Shown piece by piece: positions 1-9,286 of a DNA stretch of 32,670 nucleotides. Below the pieces are notes generated by a model. That model was not told the DNA's origin, searched no databases, and saw only the letters and a list, made by a program, of their open reading frames with translations. Where the stretch lies: IMG/VR virus record IMGVR_UViG_3300045988_129198; one strand, 5' to 3'. The stretch's first letter is position 1. Every line of letters begins with the position of its first letter. This DNA is from a virus. Lineage: Duplodnaviria; Heunggongvirae; Uroviricota; Caudoviricetes. The position numbers were made by a program, and so were the translations under genes.

Positions 1-23
1 TCCCTTACACGGGCTTATTTTTT
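1..23 (-). other. Prophage attachment-site core (ogr-proximal), truncated by window edge
   Basis: Reverse complement of 1-23 is AAAAAATAAGCCCGTGTAAGGGA, matching the first 23 nt of the P2 att core as I recall it; the position next to ogr fits. Confidence 0.6.
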
Positions 24-85
24 ACGCGTAACACAATGAAATAAAAGGATTTATTTCTGGTCACGTCCACACATTGACCACATCG

Positions 86-112
86 ACAAAAAAGCCCCTC
101 GACTGAGGGGCT
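86..112 (-). terminator. Intrinsic terminator downstream of ogr
   Basis: 8-bp GC-rich stem (93-100 / 105-112, AGCCCCTC/GAGGGGCT) with 4-nt loop, followed on the minus strand by a T6 run (plus 87-92). Confidence 0.7.
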
Positions 113-124
113 TCCTGTTTGTAA

Positions 125-343
125 TTACATCCACATAATTTGCTGCCCTGACGGCAACGGGTGCGGTCTTACGGCGTGGACTTCTCCCGGCTTCACGATG
201 TATCGCTGTACCGACTCATAAGTGATGAATGTGGCGCTGCAATTCACGTTCTGACACTGGTGATAACGCTCTTTTGTCGTGTCAGTGATATAGCGGCTTG
301 TACGCGCATGTGCGGCATGCTGGCATAAAGGACAATGAAACAT
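125..343 (-). CDS. ogr: Late gene transcriptional activator Ogr (zinc finger)
   Basis: 72-aa product from the first ATG (MFHCPLCQ...), with CxxC...CxxC motifs; essentially the P2 Ogr sequence. The 93-aa track ORF begins further upstream. Confidence 0.9.
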   Translation of the reverse strand: MFHCPLCQHAAHARTSRYITDTTKERYHQCQNVNCSATFITYESVQRYIVKPGEVHAVRPHPLPSGQQIMWM

Positions 344-424
344 CGCGAGCACCTCTTCCGGTTTTGTTGATGGTGCCATTTTAGTTAATTTATCCTTATA
401 AAACAAACAGATAAATAAATTACA

Positions 425-1588
425 TCACTCATCATCTTCTGTTTCGTACTCCACATCAGAAAGCCTGACCTCAAGCTCTAAGGACGTCGTGAAGCCGCTA
501 TTATTCAGAAAATGTGTCACCTTAGTGATTGTCCAGTCCTGCTCGTCTATGACGCGCTTAAAGCCTGATACTTTAACCGGTGTTTCCGTGTAAATATCAG
601 CACGACCGGTAGCCAGGCTGATGGAGAACTCCGCAACGCCCCGTTGCAGTTTATCCCACTTCGCCTGAGCGGCACGCATGGCCTGTGCTTTCGTGGCATA
701 TACCGTGGTCAGGGCAAAAACGTTGTCAGCCTCACCGGCCATGTATTCACCTTCGCGCGCTTCCGGTACTTTTGGCGCTTTCTTCTGCCTGACCGGTTTT
801 GCTTTCGGGTGCTCCAGTGCGCGCAGGTGTTTTTCTTTCTTTTTGCGTTTCAGTTTTACCTTCTGCTTTTGCGGCTTCGGGTCTTTGGTGTGTAACCACT
901 TTGCCGTTACGCCGGTATAGGCTCCACGGTCAGCAATCGCAAAATGATGGCGGTCGCCGTCGCTGCGGGTGATGGTGACCTGCGGGATTTTTTTACCGCT
1001 GGCCGTCACCCCCTGCCCCGCTTTGAGAAACAACAGTTTTCCCATTTTTACCGACACCTCACCGCCGTTGCGTTCTGCAAGACGGGTCAGGAATTTCGCA
1101 TCAGACTCCTGCGACTGGTCGATGTGCGGGATTTTAATTCCGGCCAGTGACGGAGCGACACTGGCTTCCAGCCTGTTACGGGAGGCTATCGCCTCAACAA
1201 TCGCACCGAGCGTGGTGTCATGCCAGGAGCCTTCCCGGCGGGAATTGAGCGTCCCGCGGAAATCTGCACTCCGGGCGCGGATGGTGACCACATCCGGCGC
1301 GCCCCGGTGTTCAACCTCATCAACGGTGAATTTCCCTTTGCATACCAGGGCAAAACCTTTCCAGCCGATATACACCGTCAGGACAGCGCCACGAACCGGC
1401 AGCCCGACCTGCCCGTCGGCATCGTTCAGTTCAATATCAAGCTGGTCAGCTTCAAAGCCCCGGTTATCCGTCAGAGTCATGCTCATCAGACGGTCGCTGA
1501 TATTGCCGGTAATATCCCTGCTGTCGAGCATCAGCATGTAATCCGGCGTCAGCGTACTGCCTGCATCAAATGTCAGCGCATCCAGCAT
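425..1588 (-). CDS. D: Tail protein gpD
   Basis: 387 aa, same length and position (between U and ogr) as P2 gpD; ATG confirmed at 1586-1588. Confidence 0.9.
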   Translation of the reverse strand: MLDALTFDAGSTLTPDYMLMLDSRDITGNISDRLMSMTLTDNRGFEADQLDIELNDADGQVGLPVRGAVLTVYIGWKGFALVCKGKFTVDEVEHRGAPDVVTIRARSADFRGTLNSRREGSWHDTTLGAIVEAIASRNRLEASVAPSLAGIKIPHIDQSQESDAKFLTRLAERNGGEVSVKMGKLLFLKAGQGVTASGKKIPQVTITRSDGDRHHFAIADRGAYTGVTAKWLHTKDPKPQKQKVKLKRKKKEKHLRALEHPKAKPVRQKKAPKVPEAREGEYMAGEADNVFALTTVYATKAQAMRAAQAKWDKLQRGVAEFSISLATGRADIYTETPVKVSGFKRVIDEQDWTITKVTHFLNNSGFTTSLELEVRLSDVEYETEDDE

Positions 1589-2067
1589 TATTCCGCCCCC
1601 GTCATCCCCGTGAATCTGGTCGCCAGACTACCGGCCTTACCGATGAGCGACTCCGCCTGTTTACCGATATCGCCATAAAGCGCGGCCAGTGATTCATCAA
1701 CGCGGGTGAGCGACAGCATAAAATCAATTTTTCGGGGTGTGCCGTCTGCAAAGAAAATACTCCCTGTTTCATTCACCTTGCTGATGACATACATACCGTA
1801 AATCATGCCGGTGCCATCCAGCAACGGCCACGCCCGGCCTTCCTCTGCCATCAGTCTGAGCGTGGTCATCGTCAGCTTGCCGCCGGTCAGTTCGGGATAA
1901 AGCACACCGGCAAGCGTGATGTTTTCCTCGCCCACACCGAGAAACTGAAAGGCATCCCGTTTACCGATACGGGAATTTGACGGCCAGCGATAATCTGATT
2001 CACGCTGCATGGTCTGGTGTGGCAGCGTCTGGCGCATAAAAACAAACATACCTAACGCGAGCATCAT
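1588..2067 (-). CDS. U: Tail protein gpU
   Basis: 159 aa, P2 gpU length and position; its stop overlaps the D start (ATGA-type coupling). Confidence 0.9.
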   Translation of the reverse strand: MMLALGMFVFMRQTLPHQTMQRESDYRWPSNSRIGKRDAFQFLGVGEENITLAGVLYPELTGGKLTMTTLRLMAEEGRAWPLLDGTGMIYGMYVISKVNETGSIFFADGTPRKIDFMLSLTRVDESLAALYGDIGKQAESLIGKAGSLATRFTGMTGAE

Positions 2068-2081
2068 TTTTCGTCACCTCC

Positions 2082-2777
2082 TTAACCGTCATGCATCATG
2101 CTGGCACGGGCGCGCGCACGTTTATCCCGCTCGTATTTTTCGAGCGCATCCTGTAACTGGCGGTCGAGCTGAGTCCCCGGCGCAGTACCGCCCGTCAGAC
2201 TGATGTGATATTCGTTTTTACTCTGGTCCACATAAGAGCGGCCAGCCGGTGCCGTAACCGGCTGATAAGCCTGATAGCCTGCATAAGAGCTGGTCGCCGG
2301 AATATAACCACCGGTGCCATACGTGGCGGCATGAGTTCTGGCGGCGGTCTGGTCAAGCGTGCCTGACTCTTTGTTGATAACACCGAGTTTTTCCAGTACC
2401 CAGTCAATACCGCTGCGCAGTTTGTTGAACGCATTAAGCGGCAGCATCAACGCGTCAGCCAGTGCCTGCCCGAACATGACGCCCGTATCACGGCAACGGT
2501 TCAGGGTGTCCCGGGTGGCTTTGACCGGGGCAATCAGGTTTTTAAACCACTGCCACGCGGCCTGTAACTTTTCGCCCAGCCAGTCAAACACCGGCTTAAG
2601 TGGCGTGAACAGTTCCCCCACCGGCGCAAATGCCGCTTTCAGCCCTTCAACCACACCGCCAAAGAATGCGCTGACAGACTCCCAGTATTTACGGATAAGT
2701 AACGCCCCGGCGACAATGGCGGGCCCCAACCGTCGTGAAGATTGCTCCCATTGCGCCTGCTGCCGCGATGATGGCAT
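2082..2777 (-). CDS. T: Tail tape measure protein gpT, C-terminal segment (separated from the N-terminal segment by a frameshift)
   Basis: 231-aa ORF directly downstream of the 595-aa T segment and overlapping it in another frame; together about 800 aa, close to P2 gpT (815 aa). Confidence 0.75.
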   Translation of the reverse strand: MPSSRQQAQWEQSSRRLGPAIVAGALLIRKYWESVSAFFGGVVEGLKAAFAPVGELFTPLKPVFDWLGEKLQAAWQWFKNLIAPVKATRDTLNRCRDTGVMFGQALADALMLPLNAFNKLRSGIDWVLEKLGVINKESGTLDQTAARTHAATYGTGGYIPATSSYAGYQAYQPVTAPAGRSYVDQSKNEYHISLTGGTAPGTQLDRQLQDALEKYERDKRARARASMMHDG

Positions 2778-4476
2778 TGATGCCGGTGATAACCGGCCAG
2801 GCTACGAGGCCAATGGCACCGATGACACCAATCAGCGCCAGTGCACCACCGACAATGATGCCGATGGTTGACGCCAGTGATTTGTTTTTCTGTATCCAGC
2901 CGTCGAGTTTTAACACATACTTTGTGGCCGTCTGCGTGAGCTTACGCAGTGCGCCTTCCTGCTGGTCAAACAGGTCAGTCCCCACCGCCTCATAAGCGGA
3001 CTGAAACTCCTTAAAGTCACCGCCGAGGTTGTCCTGCATGATATTTACCAGCTCGGCGGTCTTCCCGTCTGAGGCTTTAAACGCAGCGGTCAGTTTGTCC
3101 AGCTTTCCAGTTGAGGCGGCAGTCATCAGCACGGCGGCGGCTGAGCTGACCTCCTCCCCGAAAATAGTTTTCATGTATTCAGCCTGCTGGGCAGTACCGA
3201 GCCGGTTTTTCTCAAAACTGGCCTGCATTTCTTTCAGAATGGTAAATACTGGTCGAGTATTCCCTTTACTGTCTGAGGTTTTCACGCCAAGCTCTTTCAG
3301 TGCATCCCATGCTTTTCCCGTCGGTGCCTGCAGGCGGCTTAACACGGCACGGCTTCCCGTCCCCGCCATTGAACCGGTAATTTTTGCATCATGCAGCGCC
3401 CCGACCATTGCGGCGGTTTCTTCAATGCTGACACCAGCATTTTTTGCCACAGGTGCGGCATAGGTCAGCGCATCGCTCATGCCATCAAAATCGGCGGCGG
3501 TTTTGTTCATCGTCATGGAGAGAACATCCCCGATATGAGCGACCTTATCGTTTGAAAGCTGAAAGGCGGATTTCATCCCCATCAGCAGGGCGGCGTTTTC
3601 TTCCATCGTGCGACGGTTCGCCAGCGCCATATTCAGCGTGACCGGCGTTGCCGCCTGAATGGCATCAACATCCCCACCGGCTTTCGCAATAATAATCTGC
3701 GCACCGGCTGCATCATCTGCCGAGGCTGCGGTATTGTCGCCGAGCTGGCGCGCCTGCTTGCGTAGTGCAGCCATTTCGGCGGAGTCTTTTGCCACACCGA
3801 GCACAGCCTGCAATTCTGAGTTTTTCTGCGCAAACTCATAACCGGGCATCAGCAACTTAACTCCGGCCATCGTTCCCGCAGCAGCAATCCCCACACCGGC
3901 AGCGCCCACTGAGGCCATATTTCCGGCCAGTTCCTTTCCGGCCTGATAACGCTGTTTTACTGCGTTAAGTTTTGCCTGTTGTGCACTGACACGCGCCAGC
4001 GCGTCACGCTGACGGTTAAGCTGTGCGGTGGTTTCACTGATACGGTTTTTCAGTCCCTGCTCATCATGTGCAAGATTGCGGGTATTAATTCCCACAGCGG
4101 CCAGTTCCCGCTGCTGGCGTTTAATGGAATCTGTCAGGCGGTTATATTTCGCCTGTAAGTCCTCCGCCGCACGCTTTGCGGATTCCAGCACTTTCGCCTG
4201 AGCACGGGTCGGACGTTCAGTGTTTTTAAACTGTGTGGCAAGGGCTTCGGCTTCCTGCCGTGCCTTTTCAAGTGCATGACCAGTCACGGCAAGCTGTGCG
4301 CTGGTCTTGCGAAATCCCTCAATACGGGATGCGTGACCGTTCAGCTCGCGCAGTGATTTTTGTGTTTCCCGGATATCCCCCGACAGCGACTTACTCGCTG
4401 TGCGGATGGATTTAAACGGGCGGGATGCCTGGTCAACAGCCCTGAGCAATACCTGTAATTTTACATTGTTACTCAT
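2689..4476 (-). CDS. T: Tail tape measure protein gpT, N-terminal segment (595 aa)
   Basis: Starts MSNNVKLQVLLRA as P2 gpT does; Ala/Gly-rich helical repeats typical of tape measure proteins; its start overlaps the E' stop. Confidence 0.85.
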   Translation of the reverse strand: MSNNVKLQVLLRAVDQASRPFKSIRTASKSLSGDIRETQKSLRELNGHASRIEGFRKTSAQLAVTGHALEKARQEAEALATQFKNTERPTRAQAKVLESAKRAAEDLQAKYNRLTDSIKRQQRELAAVGINTRNLAHDEQGLKNRISETTAQLNRQRDALARVSAQQAKLNAVKQRYQAGKELAGNMASVGAAGVGIAAAGTMAGVKLLMPGYEFAQKNSELQAVLGVAKDSAEMAALRKQARQLGDNTAASADDAAGAQIIIAKAGGDVDAIQAATPVTLNMALANRRTMEENAALLMGMKSAFQLSNDKVAHIGDVLSMTMNKTAADFDGMSDALTYAAPVAKNAGVSIEETAAMVGALHDAKITGSMAGTGSRAVLSRLQAPTGKAWDALKELGVKTSDSKGNTRPVFTILKEMQASFEKNRLGTAQQAEYMKTIFGEEVSSAAAVLMTAASTGKLDKLTAAFKASDGKTAELVNIMQDNLGGDFKEFQSAYEAVGTDLFDQQEGALRKLTQTATKYVLKLDGWIQKNKSLASTIGIIVGGALALIGVIGAIGLVAWPVITGINAIIAAAGAMGAIFTTVGARHCRRGVTYP

Positions 4477-4896
4477 TCGTGTTTCCGCTTCGCCGGAGCG
4501 CCTTTTCGCGCCATGTGATGAGTTCGGTCAGGCTCATGGGATACAGTTCTGATGGCGGCCAGTGAAATATCACTGCCACATCCGCCATCAGGTCATCGAC
4601 CGAGAGATTTTTCGGGAACGTTACTGCACCGAGTTCGGCGACAAAAAACCGACCACCTTACCGGCCAGCGCCACAAGGTCAGGCAGTTCCAGCGCGGCGA
4701 CTTCCTGCTCGGTCAGCATCGGTGCCGTCATGCGCGGCAGCACCTTAATCAGTGCATCGACTTCGGAGTTCGCGACCGCAGCCAGACTGACACCGCGCAG
4801 CGTCCCGGCATTAGGTTTCATCAGCGTGACCTGTTCGATAACCTGCTCACCACGCTTGACCGGATTGTCCAGGGTAATCACATTTTCTTTGTTCAT
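4469..4896 (-). CDS. E+E': Tail assembly chaperone gpE+E', made by programmed -1 frameshift at the T6G slippery site (plus 4642-4649)
   Basis: After a -1 shift at GGTTTTTTG the frame stays open to TAA at 4469-4471, giving a C-terminus ...LITWREKALRRSGNTNE that overlaps the T start; this is the conserved E/E' arrangement. Confidence 0.75.
4621..4896 (-). CDS. E: Tail assembly chaperone gpE
   Basis: 91 aa, MNKENVITLDNPVKRGEQ..., P2 gpE-like; ends GFLSPNSVQ immediately after a TTTTTTG slippery heptamer. Confidence 0.9.
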   Translation of the reverse strand: MNKENVITLDNPVKRGEQVIEQVTLMKPNAGTLRGVSLAAVANSEVDALIKVLPRMTAPMLTEQEVAALELPDLVALAGKVVGFLSPNSVQ

Positions 4897-4952
4897 GGTT
4901 TTCTCACTTCTGAATCGGGGTTAACCGGTCAGCCAGGCTGACCGGATGAAAA

Positions 4953-5471
4953 TCACAGGCCGATATTGCGGCGGTGTTGCTCCAGCCGGTCGACGCCGTT
5001 CACCTTCTCAATCATGTTGATGGTGTCGATTTCGACCAGCGCCTTACCGTCCATCGTCAGCCGGAAATAGGTGCAGACCACGGAGATTTTCGACTCGGTG
5101 TCTTCTCCCTGTTTGCCCTCGCCGGTGTCGATTTCTTTCTGACGTCCACGCATGACCACCTCGACGGCCACCGTTTCGCCGGTATCGTCGCGCTGGTAAG
5201 AGCCTGCAAAACGAATCGGTACGGAATCCACACCGGTTGCGGCGTAAAGCTCCCAGATAACCGAATCCGGGAAGCCACCGAGCGACCACTCCATTGACAG
5301 CGCATCGTCATCAAGGCCGAGGTCTACCGGTGCGCTGCCGTTCATCCCCGCACCGCGATAGTTTTCGAGCTTACGGGTCAGTTTTGGTAGCGTGACGGAC
5401 TTCGCGACGCCCTGATAGCTGTAGCCGTTCAGAAAGACGTTCATTAACTTGAGTTTGCGCGGCATTGCCAT
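4953..5471 (-). CDS. FII: Tail tube protein gpFII
   Basis: 172 aa; P2 FII length and position. Confidence 0.9.
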   Translation of the reverse strand: MAMPRKLKLMNVFLNGYSYQGVAKSVTLPKLTRKLENYRGAGMNGSAPVDLGLDDDALSMEWSLGGFPDSVIWELYAATGVDSVPIRFAGSYQRDDTGETVAVEVVMRGRQKEIDTGEGKQGEDTESKISVVCTYFRLTMDGKALVEIDTINMIEKVNGVDRLEQHRRNIGL

Positions 5472-5483
5472 CGGTCAGGCTCC

Positions 5484-6674
5484 TTAATTGCTGTTAACCG
5501 AGGTGACCAGATTTGCCAGGTATTTATCGGTAATACGCTGGCGCAGGGTCAGGTTTTCAAGAGGAGGCACCGGTGTATAGTCGTAGTCGATATACAGTTT
5601 TCCGGCCTTGAGGGTTTCCGCATCGTTGGATTCTTCGCTGAACCAGCAGGTCGCATCCACGATATAGCCGTTTGTTTTCAGCTCACGGAATTTGGCATTG
5701 ATGCCGTCAACGATGTCGCGAATCAGCGTTGCGGTGATGGGCTTGTCCACCGCCCACATGTGCGCCTCAGCCATCGTGTCGGCCATCACCTGCGCGGTGC
5801 GGGTGTAGTTTTCAAAGAGGAACAGCGGGTCATCAGAGCAGGTACGGTTACCCCAGAATCGGAAACCGTCGCGGCGAATCAGCGTAGTGACGCCTGACTC
5901 GTTAAGCAGGTCAGCATCGGTGCCGGACTCCTGCAAATCCCAGAATACAGATGCGCTGATGCCGGTAACACCGTTTACCCCGACGTTGGACAGCGTTTTA
6001 TGCCAGCCCTGCTCCTGGTCGATTTTAGCGCGCAGACCCAGCGCACGGGCGGTGGCATACGCGGTGGCGGTGGTACTGGTGACCGTATCCCATGCGAGGA
6101 AATCCGGCCAGATGACCATCAGCTCACGCTGGCTGAAATTCTGGCGGTAGGCTTTCACCTCGGAAATGGTCTTACAGCCCCATGCGCTGATATATCCGAA
6201 AGCGCGCAGCTTCTGACAGACGGATGCCAGTGCAACAGCCACCTCTTTGGTATCCAGTCCCGGCACACCGAGAATACGCGGTTTAACACCGGTTACCGAC
6301 TCCGCCGCCAGCAGGGCTTTTAGTCCGGTGTACTGACCGTTTTCGTCGGTGGTGCCGATGATATTGGAAACGGTCTGCGCGAGTTTCGTTTCCTCGTCAT
6401 CACCGGTGCCGTCTTCCACGCGCACGACAACGGTGACCGGTTTTGACTGGTCAGCGATGGCCTGCAACGATGCCGCCAGCGTGCCTTTTTTACCGGCCTT
6501 TGCAATTGCGCTTTGCACATTGGTAATCAGCACCGGTTTATTGAGGGGGAAGGTTTCCGCATCCGCATCGCTGGCCGTGCAGACCATGCCGACAATGGCA
6601 GTGGATACGGTGGAAATGACGCGGGTGCCGTCGTTAATCTCCAGCACCTGCACGCCATGATGATAGTCACTCAT
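5484..6674 (-). CDS. FI: Contractile tail sheath protein gpFI
   Basis: 396 aa; P2 FI length and position. Confidence 0.9.
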   Translation of the reverse strand: MSDYHHGVQVLEINDGTRVISTVSTAIVGMVCTASDADAETFPLNKPVLITNVQSAIAKAGKKGTLAASLQAIADQSKPVTVVVRVEDGTGDDEETKLAQTVSNIIGTTDENGQYTGLKALLAAESVTGVKPRILGVPGLDTKEVAVALASVCQKLRAFGYISAWGCKTISEVKAYRQNFSQRELMVIWPDFLAWDTVTSTTATAYATARALGLRAKIDQEQGWHKTLSNVGVNGVTGISASVFWDLQESGTDADLLNESGVTTLIRRDGFRFWGNRTCSDDPLFLFENYTRTAQVMADTMAEAHMWAVDKPITATLIRDIVDGINAKFRELKTNGYIVDATCWFSEESNDAETLKAGKLYIDYDYTPVPPLENLTLRQRITDKYLANLVTSVNSN

Positions 6675-6769
6675 CCGTTTAACTCCGTGGTTAATGGGTG
6701 CAACTATTTTCTGTTGTGCAGAGCATAAGACGCTATTTGACCTGGCTGGTCAGTGGATGAAACAACAGA

Positions 6770-6800
6770 TAAAGAAAAGGCGGGCAATTCGCCCGCCTGT
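6770..6800 (-). terminator. Intrinsic terminator between the accessory island / V-G operon and the FI operon
   Basis: GC stem AGGCGGGC-AATT-GCCCGCCT (6777-6800), followed on the minus strand by a T-rich tract (plus 6770-6778 aaagaaaag). Confidence 0.6.
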
Positions 6801-6853
6801 CCTGATTTGTACTCACTCATTTTCCGCCTGACAATTTACATAGCCCAAATGCT

Positions 6854-6876
6854 ATCAAATCTGACAGTCTGCTTTG
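6854..6876 (+). repeat. Repeat site L (core CTGACAGTCT), left boundary of the accessory cassette
   Basis: ATCAAATCTGACAGTCTGCTTTG; a near-identical direct copy at 9164-9186 and an inverted copy at 9287-9308. Confidence 0.7.
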
Positions 6877-7004
6877 AGCGAAAAGTGGACATTAGAGTTA
6901 CAAAAGCAAGTTTAAATCATCCAAAATATTACAATGTCCTTATCTATCTGATATCGTTATGATAAAAAGCTCCTGAATATAATCGATAGTAGGTGGTTAT
7001 TTCC

Positions 7005-7382
7005 ATGAAATCAATTTTAGAGGTTTTTACTCAAGGAAATACTAAAGAAAAACTGGCTGTTATCGCCGATCTCACAACCATTGCGGGAATATCGATTGCA
7101 ACTATTATTGCTGGTTTGTTAACCCTAGTTGCAAAAACAGATAAACTAGATATTGGAAATCTGTTTGGAGTTGTCATAATATCTCTGCTCGGATTGGCTG
7201 GTGTTTGCTGTTTTGTGGCCTTATTTATTTGGGTTATAACCCAAATGTCTAAACCATGGGGAACACCTCGGGGGGTTCAGCCCTTAGTTAAGTGTGCTAT
7301 TTCCCTTATCTTTATCTGTATGTTTTTACTGGCTGTCTTTACATTTTATGAGTTTATTTCTTCGATGAGCATACGCTATTGA
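7005..7382 (+). CDS. Small integral membrane protein (3 predicted TM helices), function unknown
   Basis: ATG at 7005 preceded by AGGTGG; the track ORF begins at GTG 6993. Three hydrophobic segments of about 20-25 aa; AT-rich codon usage unlike the phage backbone. Confidence 0.6.
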   Translation: MKSILEVFTQGNTKEKLAVIADLTTIAGISIATIIAGLLTLVAKTDKLDIGNLFGVVIISLLGLAGVCCFVALFIWVITQMSKPWGTPRGVQPLVKCAISLIFICMFLLAVFTFYEFISSMSIRY

Positions 7383-7404
7383 ATATAAAATCAGCCCCCA
7401 TAAC

Positions 7405-7989
7405 TTAAAAGAGACCTTCTATATCGACTTCAATGCCCAAATAACGGACTGTGCTTTCCAGTTTCTTATGGCCCAACAGAAGTTGGATCACCCGGAGACT
7501 CTTGGTTTTCTTGTAGATTAAGTAAGGTTTTGTTCTTCTCATGGAATGTGTGCTGTACAGCGAATCTTCGAGACCAAGCTTTTCTACCCACCCATGAAAA
7601 ATTCGGTTGTATTGCCGGGTTGATATATGGTGGTTAGTTCCGACCCGAGAGCGGAACAGGAAGCCTTTACTATGCAAGTTGCCGAGCTTTATCAATGCAG
7701 TAACCGCTTCCCTTGTCCCTTTGGTTATCTCAAATTGGACAGGGCTGCCGGTTTTCTGTTGCAACACCGTTGCTCTGCTTGAGACAGAACTGCCATATGC
7801 AGCATCTGATACTTTGAGTTTGACCAAATCACAGCCCCGTAGCTTAGTGTCCAAAGCCATGTTGAACAGAGCTAGATCGCGTGTTTTACCTTCCAACTCA
7901 AGTCTAATCCGGATCCCCCAGATATGAGATATCTGAAGTGGCCTTTTTTGACCGATGGTACGGTCTTTATTCCACGGTGACGTTTTCAT
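7405..7989 (-). CDS. Small tyrosine recombinase (FimB/FimE-like size, phage-integrase catalytic fold)
   Basis: C-terminal HSMRRT...LRVIQLLLGHKKLESTVRYLG resembles the HxxR / LGH / Y boxes of tyrosine recombinases, and LRGCDLVKLKVSD resembles box I. First ATG at 7987-7989 with AGGAG 7 nt upstream; the track ORF extends to a TTG at 8091. Confidence 0.7.
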   Translation of the reverse strand: MKTSPWNKDRTIGQKRPLQISHIWGIRIRLELEGKTRDLALFNMALDTKLRGCDLVKLKVSDAAYGSSVSSRATVLQQKTGSPVQFEITKGTREAVTALIKLGNLHSKGFLFRSRVGTNHHISTRQYNRIFHGWVEKLGLEDSLYSTHSMRRTKPYLIYKKTKSLRVIQLLLGHKKLESTVRYLGIEVDIEGLF

Positions 7990-8095
7990 ATTCAAATCTC
8001 CTGCAATGTGGGAGATTTGAGTATGGTTGTCTCTCAAGAGCGAAAATAAGTCAACTATCACTAGTTGTTGCGCATGTACGTATTCTGTCAATTAA

Positions 8096-8938
8096 TTATT
8101 GACAATCATCAATTCTGGAATGATCAAAATCATCATATCGAATTATAGTCTGGTTGACTGTATCTATTGTTGGTGTCATTTCTGTTATAATATCCTGATA
8201 ACCTAAAGAGTTAAATACATTTACTAAGGCCTCACACCGAAGGGCCGTAGCAATTACAAAATTATAAATTGCCAGCCGTTTATTTTCTTGTTTAACTGCA
8301 AGAATGAATTCGATAGCAGTATTTTCATCACTTTGGATTGCATTATATAGAGATACTATATTTACCATATCATCAGAGAATGTATGTATTGAATCACAAA
8401 GGGGAACGTAATGGGCATGATAGTGTGTTTCCCAGCCAATTAATTCAAAAAGTTTTCTGGTTCCTGGATATTCAGGTGTATTTGGCCACAATCTATTAAA
8501 TAGATCAGTTAGTTCTTTTCCCATGCGAATCCTTTCATTTGCTGCTGGATTAGTCATTCCTTTGGATTTTAAACACTCCAGCCACCGTTTTCCATTACTA
8601 TGAACTAATTTCTTACTAGCCTTGAGTAATGCTTGTGCATTTTCGCCATCATCTATTGCTATATAAAATTGATTGGCAGCCTGTTCTATTATAACCCTAG
8701 CTAATACTTCCGATGCTGAAAAGGCTCCTATATTCAAAGAAGAGATAGCCTGATTACTAAGTTCATTCAGTACATTAAAGTACTGTAAGACCATCAATTT
8801 TTGTTCCACACCCTTTAGGTTGTCTATTTTATTTTTATGCTCCTCAAATTTTGCATGGATATATTTATTTATCGCGGCTATTTTTTTTACATCTTCGTCA
8901 AGATCAAACGGGCAACGTCCAAACAATTCTTTTTTCAT
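8096..8938 (-). CDS. Hypothetical 280-aa protein (cargo gene, no motif recognised)
   Basis: ATG at 8936-8938 with strong AGGAGA RBS; AT-rich; located upstream of and co-oriented with the recombinase gene. Confidence 0.75.
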   Translation of the reverse strand: MKKELFGRCPFDLDEDVKKIAAINKYIHAKFEEHKNKIDNLKGVEQKLMVLQYFNVLNELSNQAISSLNIGAFSASEVLARVIIEQAANQFYIAIDDGENAQALLKASKKLVHSNGKRWLECLKSKGMTNPAANERIRMGKELTDLFNRLWPNTPEYPGTRKLFELIGWETHYHAHYVPLCDSIHTFSDDMVNIVSLYNAIQSDENTAIEFILAVKQENKRLAIYNFVIATALRCEALVNVFNSLGYQDIITEMTPTIDTVNQTIIRYDDFDHSRIDDCQ

Positions 8939-9163
8939 ATATTTCTCCTGTTGTACAAGCTTCCATACGTTGGCAGATTATACACTGAAGATTACCTATA
9001 AATAGCTGTGCGGGATAGCAGATCAGTGCAAGAAGTACAACCAAGTGAACTGTGCGTATTCAGATACCTGGCCTAACGTTCGCGATAGCCGTCCCCTGCA
9101 CGAAGCCATATATTAGATGTATTAGCTCAGACCTTATCTGACAGGTTGAGTAGGTAGAATCTA

Positions 9164-9186
9164 ATCAAAGCTGACAGTCTGGTTTG
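9164..9186 (+). repeat. Repeat site M (direct copy of L)
   Basis: ATCAAAGCTGACAGTCTGGTTTG, 21/23 identical to site L. Confidence 0.7.
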
Positions 9187-9286
9187 GACTGTGAGTTCAA
9201 CTGATGGATGCAACACACAGCGATCTACGGACATTACTAGCATAGCTGTGTATTAATCATCGGGAAGCAGGTCAGTCCGCTCCTAG

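Noticed and set aside
644-1678. Plus-strand ORFs (644..895, 678..920, 944..1150, 969..1541, 1220..1678) overlapping gene D
   Set aside because: They lie antisense within a well-supported P2 structural gene in GC-rich sequence; shadow ORFs with low-complexity translations and no start context.
6753-6962. 69-aa plus-strand ORF in the FI-proximal intergenic region
   Set aside because: It spans the terminator hairpin and repeat site L, has no convincing RBS, and is better explained as regulatory or non-coding sequence.
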